Below, piece by piece: positions 19,084 through 27,220 of a stretch of DNA of 64,000 nt. The notes beneath the pieces were generated by a model. It ran no database searches. It worked only from the letters and a program-made list of their open reading frames with translations, and had not been told where the DNA came from. The DNA is taken from contig JBMOIJ010000010.1 in the NCBI GenBank assembly GCA_049317385.1, positions 527 through 64,526 on the forward strand, in the 5' to 3' direction. Position numbers and translations under genes: made by a program. Numbering within the stretch: the first letter of the stretch is position 1; each line of letters opens with the position of its first letter. The stretch comes from Acidimicrobiia bacterium (GTDB lineage Bacteria > Actinomycetota > Acidimicrobiia > IMCC26256 > JBMOIJ01).

Positions 19084-19351
19084 GAGAGAAGGCCCCGAGT
19101 AGCCGAACGCTGCGTGCGCAGCTCCCGGACTCCTCGGGGCCCTTCCCTGTGCCGGCCAACCCGGCCCCGGAGGACCGCCTTCGCCAGGCACCGGCTCCGT
19201 GCACCTTGCGGCGCACCGTGCCCACCAACGCTCACCGCCAGCTCCCGAGCACCCCCGGCCGCCCTTGCGGGCCGCACCAGCGGCTGACCCTGCCGACCCC
19301 GAAAGGCCCTCGAGTCTGCGCTCGAAAACCGGTGAATCGGTTTTCGTTGGC
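19084..19351 (-). ncRNA. Putative structured small RNA (~270 nt), family not recognised
   Basis: It has an upstream TGGACA-N17-TACATT promoter. The 5' GCCAACG pairs with CGUUGGU, there are two GCAA-capped and one UUCG-capped hairpins with G-U pairs favouring the minus strand, and a long 3' hairpin. No credible ORF. Confidence 0.6.
19089..19144 (-). terminator. Long hairpin ending the putative sRNA
   Basis: AAGGGCCCCGAG...GCUGCG-CA-CGCAGC...CUCGGGGCCUU followed by CUCUC (weak U tract). Confidence 0.55.
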
Positions 19352-19358
19352 GAACGGC

Positions 19359-19387
19359 AATGTACGACGCGCGCGGTCGCTTGTCCA
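19359..19387 (-). promoter_or_regulatory. Sigma-A-type promoter
   Basis: TGGACA (19387-19382), 17-nt spacer, TACATT (19364-19359), with an AT-rich tract upstream. Confidence 0.7.
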
Positions 19388-19423
19388 ATGGAATTTCGAA
19401 AAACGCGCGAGGTTTCTCGGAGG

Positions 19424-19450
19424 GTGTTGCGCGTGTTGCGCATGTTGCGC
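19424..19450. repeat. Three tandem 9-mers (RTGTTGCGC)
   Basis: GTGTTGCGC GTGTTGCGC ATGTTGCGC read directly. Confidence 0.8.
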
Positions 19451-19455
19451 GCGAG

Positions 19456-19941
19456 TCAGATGGTGGTGGTCAACACGAGGCCGTGGTACGCCTCGGGGAT
19501 GCGTTGCCGCAGATCGCCGAACCCCACCTGGGCGTCGACATCGGTGGTCCACGTTGCCTTCACGCCCGAGAACTGTGAGAACCGTTGCTCGATGTTGCCG
19601 CGGGCCAACACGGGGATGATGTAGGCGCGGGTGACCACGAACTTGCCGGACTTCTTCGTCACCTGGGTTCCGGCCTGCTTCACCGCCGGGTCGGTGCTCT
19701 GCACCATCTGATCGAAGGTGCGGTTCGCCTGAGCCTCGGCCCGGTTCTTCTCGATCCGGGTGATTGCGCCGCCGTGGCCGGAGGCCACGATCGTGCCGGC
19801 GAGGTACAGCGAACCCAAGAAGACCGCCACGAAGATCATCAACATGAACGTGACGCCGACCACCAGTCCGGCGAGGCGAGTACCCGCCCAGGCCACTCCA
19901 CGGCCCTTGGACGACGACGATTGAGCAACGGCGCTGGTCAC
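19456..19941 (-). CDS. Hypothetical membrane-anchored protein
   Basis: Long hydrophobic helix followed by a polar domain. TAGCGT and GGAGG precede GTG 19941. Confidence 0.7.
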   Translation of the reverse strand: MTSAVAQSSSSKGRGVAWAGTRLAGLVVGVTFMLMIFVAVFLGSLYLAGTIVASGHGGAITRIEKNRAEAQANRTFDQMVQSTDPAVKQAGTQVTKKSGKFVVTRAYIIPVLARGNIEQRFSQFSGVKATWTTDVDAQVGFGDLRQRIPEAYHGLVLTTTI

Positions 19942-20004
19942 GTCCTCCACGCTAGGCGGTGGGTCGGCCACCGTGCCCGTACCGGGTTCCCGTAGGGTTC
20001 GGGC

Positions 20005-20538
20005 ATGGCTCGTTTCGCAGTGTGGGCGGTAGGCGCCGACCAGCCCGGCATCGTTGCGGGGGTGACCGGGGTGGTCCTGGAGCAGGGGGGGAACCTCGCC
20101 GACTGCTCCATGACGATCCTTGCCGGCCAGTTCGCCATGGTGCTGGTCGTCGAGTTCCCCGACGATCGGCCCGTCGCCGACGTTGAGGCGGCGTTCGCTC
20201 CGGTGGCGGAGCAGCTCGAGCTCGGGGTGTCGGTGCGGGGGTTGGCGAACGCTCCAGCGGGCGTGGCCGGCTCACGCTTCGAACTTGCGGTCTACGGCGC
20301 CGACCGGCCGGGCATCGTGCACGCGGTGGCGGCGGCGCTCGCCGACGCCGGGGTGAACATCACGGACCTTGCCACCCGCGTGATCGGTTCCAGCGAGACT
20401 CCGGTGTACGCCGCGCTGGTCGACTGCGTTGTACCGGACTCGGCGTCGGTGGATGCGCTCCGCACGCGCGTCAATGCGTTGGCTGCCGAGCTCGGGCTCG
20501 ACGCCACCTTGCACCCGGCCGACGTCGACGTCCTGTAG
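20005..20538 (+). CDS. Double ACT-domain protein (GcvR-like)
   Basis: GADQPGIVAGV and GADRPGIVHAV ACT repeats. Leaderless TAGGT-type -10 (TAGGGT, 6 nt before the ATG). Confidence 0.88.
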   Translation: MARFAVWAVGADQPGIVAGVTGVVLEQGGNLADCSMTILAGQFAMVLVVEFPDDRPVADVEAAFAPVAEQLELGVSVRGLANAPAGVAGSRFELAVYGADRPGIVHAVAAALADAGVNITDLATRVIGSSETPVYAALVDCVVPDSASVDALRTRVNALAAELGLDATLHPADVDVL

Positions 20539-20544
20539 CGGCCA

Positions 20545-21045
20545 ATGTCCGTTCGACCGGTTCTGCAGCTCCCGGCTGCAGTGCTCAAGCACCCAACGGC
20601 CGAGGTCACGAGCATTGGTGACGACGAGCGCGCGTTGGCGCGCGATCTGCTCGACACCATGGCGGCGTCACCCGCGTGTGTCGGGTTGGCAGCGAACCAG
20701 ATTGGCGTGGCGTTGCGCGCGTTCGCGGTCGATGTGAGTGGACACAAGAAGGCCGACTCGTGCCACGCCGCAGTCGTGTTGTTCAACCCGGTGTTGATCG
20801 GATCGTCCGCGCCGGTGGTGGCGCGCGAAGGGTGCATGAGTGTGCCCGACCTCACCGGCAACGTGGCCCGTCCCACCGAAGTGGTGGTGCAAGGAATCAC
20901 GCCCGAAGGAACCATGCGTGTCATTGAAGCGAATGCGTTCGAAGCCCGAGCCATCTTGCACGAGCTCGATCACCTGGACGGCCTGGTCTTCCTCGACCGG
21001 GTGGTGTCGGTCGCCGATGTGTTCCGTCGGGTGAAGTACCAGTGA
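20545..21045 (+). CDS. def: Peptide deformylase
   Basis: GLAANQIG, EGCMS and HELDHLDG. Confidence 0.95.
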   Translation: MSVRPVLQLPAAVLKHPTAEVTSIGDDERALARDLLDTMAASPACVGLAANQIGVALRAFAVDVSGHKKADSCHAAVVLFNPVLIGSSAPVVAREGCMSVPDLTGNVARPTEVVVQGITPEGTMRVIEANAFEARAILHELDHLDGLVFLDRVVSVADVFRRVKYQ

Positions 21046-21103
21046 CGCCGGTTCCCACCGGCAAAGCGCGAGCGCTCGCAACCGCGGGGCCTAGAGTCGA
21101 CGC

Positions 21104-21730
21104 ATGGCTTTCCCGCACGATGTGCTGAACGAAGGCGAAGAGCTCGCCCTCGATCTTCGCCCGCACTGGTGGTACTTCTGGAAGCACGCCGTGCTCGGCG
21201 TGCTGCTCTTCATTGCGTTCATCTTGATGTTCCAACTCAGTGGAACGCCGAAGAAGCTCTTGGCCCCAGTGTTGGCCATCGCGGCTGTGGTGTGGGCCGT
21301 GTGGTTGGTGCTCAAGTACTTCCAGTGGACCTATACGCACTTCGTCGTCACGAGTGACCGGGTGATTTGGCGCACCGGGGTCATCGCTCGGCACGGCGTG
21401 GAGATCCCGCTCGAGAACGTCAACAACATCAACTTCAAGCAGGGCATCTTCGAACGGATGATCGGCGCCGGCGACCTCATCATCGAATCGGCTGGCAAGG
21501 AAGGGCAGTCGGACTTCGACAACGTTCGTCACCCCGACCGCGTTCAACAAGAGATCTACCGGCAGATGGAAGTCAACGCGAAGAAGACGGCATCGTACTC
21601 GCGTCCCGAGATTCAACACCAGGACTCCATCCCGGCTCAGATCGAACACCTCGCGCGGCTGCGCGACCAGGGCGTCCTCACCCCTGAGGAGTTCGAGGCC
21701 AAGAAGCAGGACCTGCTCAACCGGATGTAG
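21104..21730 (+). CDS. Membrane protein with bacterial PH (bPH_2) and C-terminal SHOCT domains
   Basis: RPHW, two transmembrane helices, GAGDLIIESAG and LARLRDQGVLTPEEFEAKKQDLL. Confidence 0.88.
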   Translation: MAFPHDVLNEGEELALDLRPHWWYFWKHAVLGVLLFIAFILMFQLSGTPKKLLAPVLAIAAVVWAVWLVLKYFQWTYTHFVVTSDRVIWRTGVIARHGVEIPLENVNNINFKQGIFERMIGAGDLIIESAGKEGQSDFDNVRHPDRVQQEIYRQMEVNAKKTASYSRPEIQHQDSIPAQIEHLARLRDQGVLTPEEFEAKKQDLLNRM

Positions 21731-22844
21731 GCGATTCCACCTCGGCGGCGCCCTCCGCGCTGCGGGCCACGAACGCGGTCGGAACCAACATCGACCGTGC
21801 CCGATACGGACCCAACGCGCTTGCCGCCACGATCATGCCTTCGCCCGGCTCGGTGAGTGCCACGACGCATCCACCGAAGCCGGCGCCGGTCACACGGGCG
21901 CCGAGCGCGCCGTGTTGCACGAGCAGTCGAACGAGCAGGTCGAGTTCGGGCGTGGACACGCGGTAGTCGTCGCGCAGCGACTCGTGGCTGGCAAGCATCA
22001 ACGCACCGAGCTGCGCGTGATCACTGGCCCGGAGCGCGTCGACGAACGCCAACACGCGGGCGTTCTCGCTGACCACGTGACGGGCGAACGGGTAGTCGGC
22101 CACTTGGTCGAGCGTTGCGTCGCGAAGTGCCGGAACACCGAGTCGCGCGGCGGCGGCCTCGCACGCGCGTCGACGCTGTGCGTATTCACTCGATGTCAAC
22201 GCGCGCGGCATACCCGAGTGCACGACCAAGATGTCGAGATCGGGGAGGGGCACCGCTTCGGTCGAGAGACTGCGGCAGTCGAGCAAGAGCGCGTGGCCTG
22301 CTGTTCCCCGAACGCTGGCGAGTTGGTCGAGCACCCCCGTGGGGACGCCGGTAGCTCGCTGCTCGGCGGCCTGGGCGGCGAAGACGAGTTCGTCGGGTTC
22401 CAGCGGGCATTCGGCCTGCGCGGCCAGCGCCAGCGCAACTGCGACCTCGAATGCCGCGCTCGACGAGAGCCCGGAGCCCACGGGGACCGTCGACCCAACG
22501 GCGAGTTCGGCACCGGGAACCACCACGCCGCGGGTCGCGAGCTCGTGGGCGAGTGCGGCCATGAGGCCGCCCCACCCTGCGGGCGCGGGCGTATCGGGCG
22601 CCGGGCCGGCGGCGGGCACCTCGATGCGATCGGGGAAGGCGTCGGACCAGGCCCGGATCCTCCCGTCGGTCCGCGGGGCGGCGGCGACCAACACCTCCCG
22701 GTCGATGGCCACCGGGAGGCACCAGCCGTCGCAGTAGTCGGTGTGGTCGCCGATGAGGTTCACCCGCCCAGGGGCCCGGAACCACCGCAGGGTCGAGTCG
22801 GTCGGGAGGTGCGAGCGCAGGGGAGTGGGATCGGGCGCAGCCAC
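21717..22844 (-). CDS. galK: Galactokinase
   Basis: APGRVNLIGDHTDY, GSGLSSSAA and GARVTGAGFGG. Start placed at GTG 22844, 6 nt after TACGAT. Confidence 0.93.
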   Translation of the reverse strand: MAAPDPTPLRSHLPTDSTLRWFRAPGRVNLIGDHTDYCDGWCLPVAIDREVLVAAAPRTDGRIRAWSDAFPDRIEVPAAGPAPDTPAPAGWGGLMAALAHELATRGVVVPGAELAVGSTVPVGSGLSSSAAFEVAVALALAAQAECPLEPDELVFAAQAAEQRATGVPTGVLDQLASVRGTAGHALLLDCRSLSTEAVPLPDLDILVVHSGMPRALTSSEYAQRRRACEAAAARLGVPALRDATLDQVADYPFARHVVSENARVLAFVDALRASDHAQLGALMLASHESLRDDYRVSTPELDLLVRLLVQHGALGARVTGAGFGGCVVALTEPGEGMIVAASALGPYRARSMLVPTAFVARSAEGAAEVESPTSG

Positions 22845-22900
22845 GGGCGGATCGTAGGGCCCCGGCCTGGAATCGGTCCCCGAGCTGCCGATCAGTCTCC

Positions 22901-23779
22901 GTGGGTCGAATTCGGAACTCATGGGCACTCGCCCGCAAGTCGGTCGCGGTCGTCACCGAGCACCGCGCGCTCGTGCTGATCCCGGTGGTGCAGTTCCTCG
23001 CGGTGTTCCTCGTACTCGCGCTCTTCGCCGGGCTGGCCTTCGCGTTCGGGCCGCGACCGGGGTCCGCAACCGACAGCACGACCGCCAACGCGATCGGACC
23101 GCTGACGATCGTGGCGCTCCTCGCGATGTACTTCGTCACCTCGGTGGTCGCGACCTACTTCTTCGCCGCGTTGGTTGTCGGTGCCGACCAAGCGCTCCGC
23201 GGCGGGCAGCCTTCGTTCGCGCCGATGTTCGGCGCAGTGAATGCGCGCCTTGGTCGCGTGGTCGAGTGGTCTGCGCTGTTGGCGGTGGTGAAGCTCGTAC
23301 TCGGGTTGCTGCGACGCAATGGCGGTGCCGGCGGCGCAATCGGCGCTGGTATCGGTGGTGCGGCGTGGAACGTCGTGACGTTTCTCGCGGTGCCCGTCAT
23401 CGTGCACGAGGACCTGGGGCCAATCCGTGCGCTCAAGCGTTCGGGGAAGTTGTTGCGCCAGACATGGGGTGAGAACCTCGCCGCGCAGGTGGGATTCGGT
23501 TTGCTCGGCGTCTTGGCGTTCCTCCCTTGTCTGTTGCTCTTCGCGATCGGTGCGGCGGCCGCCAACGCGGCGGTCTCCGTTGCGTTGGGCGGGATCGCAT
23601 TCATCTGGCTGTCGATGGCGGCAGCATTCATCAGCACGCTCACCGGTGTGTACCGAGCTGCGTTGTACCGCTACGCCGTCGACGGCGCGGTGCCGCCGGC
23701 CTTCGCCGGGGCCGGGCTCGAGCGTGCGTTCGGCGGTCGCAACCGGGGATTGGGTCGCGTCCCGTCGCAGGGAATGTGA
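22901..23779 (+). CDS. DUF6159-like integral membrane protein
   Basis: MGRIRNSWALARKS start, AWNVVTFLAVPVIVHE and LLRQTWGE, with multiple transmembrane helices. Confidence 0.8.
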   Translation: MGRIRNSWALARKSVAVVTEHRALVLIPVVQFLAVFLVLALFAGLAFAFGPRPGSATDSTTANAIGPLTIVALLAMYFVTSVVATYFFAALVVGADQALRGGQPSFAPMFGAVNARLGRVVEWSALLAVVKLVLGLLRRNGGAGGAIGAGIGGAAWNVVTFLAVPVIVHEDLGPIRALKRSGKLLRQTWGENLAAQVGFGLLGVLAFLPCLLLFAIGAAAANAAVSVALGGIAFIWLSMAAAFISTLTGVYRAALYRYAVDGAVPPAFAGAGLERAFGGRNRGLGRVPSQGM

Positions 23780-24618
23780 TGGAAGCCATGTGGTTGCCCG
23801 GCGACGAGACCGCTCCGGCGGGCGAACCCGTGGAAGAGCGGCGAGCGCGTGTGGCGCGCGCGCTGGCGCGCTACGTCAACGACCCCGAGGCGCTGGCCGG
23901 CGTGATCGACGAGGCGATCGTCGATGGACTCTCGGCCGATCTCGATGACGCAACGCAACGTCTCTTGGCCTTGGAGCCGCGTTCCGAGCGGGCCATCCGC
24001 ATGCGAGTGCTGGTGCTGACCGCAACGATGCGGCACGACGAAGCGACGGACACGCTCGCAACGGCGTTGGCCGATCAGCCCGATTCCGAGATCCTGCACC
24101 GGTTGGCCGATCAGCTCGCGCCGCGACTCGGTGGCGTTCGGCCGGCCCAACCATTGCTTGCCGTGGTGCACGACGGACCGGTGGACGCGTTGGCCCTCAC
24201 CGAGGGACTGGACGACGCGCCGGCGCCCGCACTTGCACCCGAACCATCGTCATCGGCCCATGCAGTGTGGCGTGAACGCGCCGCGTTGGCTGCGGAAGTG
24301 CTGGCTCGCGGCGACGTGGAAACTGCGCTCACTGCGTTCCGTCGGATTGCGGCGGCCGACCGTGAACCCGCAACCATTGCGGTGATCGCCGATGCGTTGG
24401 CGAGTCAGGAACGGTGGCAGGTGCTCATCGAACTGGTAGCACCCGACTACGACCCGGCTGCCGACGCCGGTCGCGCCGGATTGCACCTCGCGGAGGCATA
24501 TTTGGCACTCGGACGCCGATCCGATGGCATCGCGTTGGTGCAGCGGCTCGGTGACCATGTGCCGGCGGCGGAAGCCACGGCGCTCGCCCGTCGGTTCGCG
24601 CGATTGGGCGCAGGCTGA
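23779..24618 (+). CDS. Hypothetical TPR-like helical protein
   Basis: TGATG overlap with the upstream gene and TPR-like segments (LAEAYLALGRRSDGIALVQRL). Confidence 0.65.
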   Translation: MEAMWLPGDETAPAGEPVEERRARVARALARYVNDPEALAGVIDEAIVDGLSADLDDATQRLLALEPRSERAIRMRVLVLTATMRHDEATDTLATALADQPDSEILHRLADQLAPRLGGVRPAQPLLAVVHDGPVDALALTEGLDDAPAPALAPEPSSSAHAVWRERAALAAEVLARGDVETALTAFRRIAAADREPATIAVIADALASQERWQVLIELVAPDYDPAADAGRAGLHLAEAYLALGRRSDGIALVQRLGDHVPAAEATALARRFARLGAG

Positions 24619-24628
24619 CCGTTGCGCA

Positions 24629-24670
24629 GCTGATCAATCGACGGCGCGGCTGATCAATCGCCGGCGCGGC
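24629..24670. repeat. 20-bp tandem duplication covering the galT stop codon
   Basis: GCTGATCAATCGACGGCGCG GCTGATCAATCGCCGGCGCG. Confidence 0.8.
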
Positions 24671-25592
24671 GGAGCGCATCGGCGGCGGCTTCGGGGACGA
24701 CGGGATTCGAGAACGTTCCCGATCCCAGTTCGCCGGCCGCGACGAACCGCAACGTCGACGGCGCTCGGCGTGGGGGAGCCAAGTGCACGTGCAGATGCGC
24801 GATGTCGCGCTCGACGCGTATAGGTGCCTGGTGGATCCAGAGCATGTAGGGAAACGGTGCGGTATTGGGGAACAATGCGTCGTAACGACCGAGGACGTCG
24901 ACCAAGAGCTCGGCGAGCTCGTTCCGACCGGCGTCATCGAGTTCCATCAGGGACGGAACCCGAGTGCGGGGCGCGAGCAACATGCCGTAGGGCCATGACG
25001 ACGCGTACGGAACCCACGCGACCCAGTCGCCGCGCCGGTTCACCACCCGCACTTCGGCAGCGAGTTCGGCATCGACCACTGCCGCTAGCGCCGCGCCCTC
25101 GCGCGCAACGGCGAGTTCGCGTTCGGCTTCGGGCGGCACGAACGGGAACGCATAGATCTGCCCGTGGGGATGATCGATGGTTGCGCCCACTTCGCGCCCG
25201 CGGTTCTCGAATACCAACACGTATTCGATCTCGGGACGCGCGCTGAGTGCTGCCGTGCGCTCGGCCCAGAGGTCGATGACCCTGCGCACGCCCACGGGAC
25301 CAATGGTGGCCATCGTGGCGTTGTGTTCGGGGGCGTAGAGCACCACTTCGGCGGCGCCACGCGCCGGTCGGCTGGTGAAGGGTTCGGGTCCGACCACCGG
25401 CGCAAGCGGCAAGCCGGGTTCCATCGCCGGCCACCGGTTGGTGAACGCCTTCACCTCATAGGGACCAGGGGCTTCGAGCCCGCCCACGCAGAACGGGCAA
25501 TCCGTGGTGGGCAGGTTGGGACGGTGCTGGCGCGCGCCCACGATGGTGACCCAGTCGCCGGTGAGCGGGTCACGGCGGAACTCGTTGGTCAT
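24654..25592 (-). CDS. galT: Galactose-1-phosphate uridylyltransferase
   Basis: RRDPLTGDWV, CPFC, FENRG and HPHGQ active site. Confidence 0.95.
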   Translation of the reverse strand: MTNEFRRDPLTGDWVTIVGARQHRPNLPTTDCPFCVGGLEAPGPYEVKAFTNRWPAMEPGLPLAPVVGPEPFTSRPARGAAEVVLYAPEHNATMATIGPVGVRRVIDLWAERTAALSARPEIEYVLVFENRGREVGATIDHPHGQIYAFPFVPPEAERELAVAREGAALAAVVDAELAAEVRVVNRRGDWVAWVPYASSWPYGMLLAPRTRVPSLMELDDAGRNELAELLVDVLGRYDALFPNTAPFPYMLWIHQAPIRVERDIAHLHVHLAPPRRAPSTLRFVAAGELGSGTFSNPVVPEAAADALRRAGD

Positions 25593-25612
25593 CGCGGACA
25601 GCTCGGCGTCAT
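25589..25612 (-). CDS. Candidate leaderless 7-aa uORF (MTPSCPR) coupled to galT
   Basis: TACCGT lies 7 nt before its ATG, and its TGA overlaps the galT ATG (ATGA). Confidence 0.4.
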   Translation of the reverse strand: MTPSCPR

Positions 25613-25673
25613 TGCCGGAACGGTACGCGCTCGGCCCCGATGCCCGGACCAATCGATCGAGAAGTGTCGCGGG

Positions 25674-26360
25674 TCAGCTGTCGCCGGTGCGGTACTGCGG
25701 GAGGCGCAGCGCCGCGGTGACGAGTTCGCCGGTGTGTAGCTCCAGATCGCCGCCGAGCGATCGGGCCAGCGTGCGTGCGAGCACCAGGCCGGGGTCGCCG
25801 TCGCCCGCGGGTTCGTCGCTGGGTGATCGCGCCCAGGTGACAACGACCTGGAGGACCCGGTCGTCCCACTGCGCGCTCGCGTGCAATGCCGTGTCGGTGC
25901 TGGTGCGCGAACCAGCAGCCAACACGTTCACCAGGATCGTGTGGACCCGCGGCGGGTCGGTGGTGAGGGCGAGCGTCGGGTCGATGTCGACCTGCACTCG
26001 TCGGTCGAAATGGTCGCGCACTTCGGAGGCGGCGTGATCGACGAGCGCGTGCAGCTGGACGCGCTCTTGTGCAGCACGAGTCACGGGACCGGCGGCCGGT
26101 GCGGTGGTGTCCGCCAGTTCTTCGGTGAGTTCGACGAGTTCGTTCACCAACGCGCGCGCGCGCCGCACGAGGTGCGCGGTACTGGACTCGCCAATGTCCT
26201 GGAGCGACAGGCGCTGCAGGCTGCGGGCCACGGACTCGAGTGGCTGGCGAATCTCGTTCTCGACCACCCCGCGCGACAGCCGGCCCCGGGCGCGCGGGGT
26301 CCGGGGCGGGTCGACGGGTGCATCGAGCACCAACGGATTGGTGGCGTCGGCAGCGGTCAC
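25674..26360 (-). CDS. Degenerate histidine-kinase-like protein (HisKA/HATPase fold, no sensor domain)
   Basis: ENEIRQPL H-box-like segment with Asn in place of His, TDPPRVHTILVNV, and PGLVLARTLARSLGGDL. GGAGG RBS. Confidence 0.75.
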   Translation of the reverse strand: MTAADATNPLVLDAPVDPPRTPRARGRLSRGVVENEIRQPLESVARSLQRLSLQDIGESSTAHLVRRARALVNELVELTEELADTTAPAAGPVTRAAQERVQLHALVDHAASEVRDHFDRRVQVDIDPTLALTTDPPRVHTILVNVLAAGSRTSTDTALHASAQWDDRVLQVVVTWARSPSDEPAGDGDPGLVLARTLARSLGGDLELHTGELVTAALRLPQYRTGDS

Positions 26361-26536
26361 CGACCCTCCTTGGGTCCTCCGTCTCTCGTCGGCCAGTTGA
26401 TGACGGGGCTGAGCGATCGGCGCTGCGCCCGGCCTGGTCGGGGCGGGATGGGAGGGCGATTTGGGGCGATTCGCCGGGCTCGTCGGCGGGAGGCGTTCCG
26501 CGCGACGCTGCAGGGTCCCCCGGTCGAGGAGCGCCC

Positions 26537-26842
26537 ATGAGCGTCGTGAAGATCAATGCCATCGAGGTGTCCGAAGGTGCCGGCCCCGAGCTCGAAGCGC
26601 GCTTCGGAGCGCGGGCGGGTTCCGTGGCCCAGGCGCCCGGCTTCGAAGCGTTCGAACTGCTGCGCCCCACCAACGGCGACACCTACTTCGTGTACACCCG
26701 CTGGGAGAGCGAAGAAGCGTTCCAGAACTGGCGCAATGGTCCCGCCTTCGCGCATGCGCACGGGGAAGGGTCCGCGCCCGTCGGCAACCAGAGCGAACTG
26801 CTCGAGTTCGAGGTGATCCAGCAGGAGACCGCACGCGCCTGA
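26537..26842 (+). CDS. ABM-family monooxygenase, MhuD/heme-degrading-like
   Basis: MSVVKINAIEV...GPELEARF...PGFEAFELLRP...YFVYTRWESEEAF...AH. Confidence 0.88.
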   Translation: MSVVKINAIEVSEGAGPELEARFGARAGSVAQAPGFEAFELLRPTNGDTYFVYTRWESEEAFQNWRNGPAFAHAHGEGSAPVGNQSELLEFEVIQQETARA

Positions 26843-27219
26843 TGGATGCAATCAAGTGGGTTCACTTCCACTGGGGCTGGTACGTCCTGGGCCTCAACGC
26901 GATCGCCGGCATCGCCACCTTGGTGACCTACTGGGTGAAGGGCGCGCGCGGGCGCTGGACATGGATCCTCACCGGCATCGCCGAAGTCGGCATGCTCGTA
27001 CAGATCGTCCTGGGCGTGATCCTCGTCACGTTGTCGAAGGACTACCAAGGGAACAGCCGGGTGCAGTTCCACATGTTCTACGGATTCGTGTCGTTCGTGA
27101 CCATCGGCTTGCTGTTCGCGTACCGCAAATCCATGCGCGGCCGCCTTGAACTCTTCTACGGTTTGGGTGGTTGCTTCCTGGCCGGGCTCGCCATTCGAGC
27201 CATCATGCAGGTGGTGTGA
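26842..27219 (+). CDS. Hypothetical 4-TM membrane protein
   Basis: Hydrophobic 125-aa ORF with a TGATG overlap upstream and 1 nt before ddl. Confidence 0.8.
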   Translation: MDAIKWVHFHWGWYVLGLNAIAGIATLVTYWVKGARGRWTWILTGIAEVGMLVQIVLGVILVTLSKDYQGNSRVQFHMFYGFVSFVTIGLLFAYRKSMRGRLELFYGLGGCFLAGLAIRAIMQVV

Positions 27220-27220
27220 C

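Noticed and set aside
19185-19230. c-di-GMP-II riboswitch resemblance (UGGGCAC...GGAGCCGGUG)
   Set aside because: It lacks the GUGCAACCG 3' element and the kink-turn 5' part, and no downstream gene depends on this leader.
19172-19351. HDV-like ribozyme resemblance in the putative sRNA (7-bp P1 with G-U wobble followed by GGG, P4-like stem, GGCGAA)
   Set aside because: The required P3/L3 element (3-bp stem with a UCC-containing 7-nt loop just before the P1 3' strand) is absent, and about 48 nt of other structure lies there.
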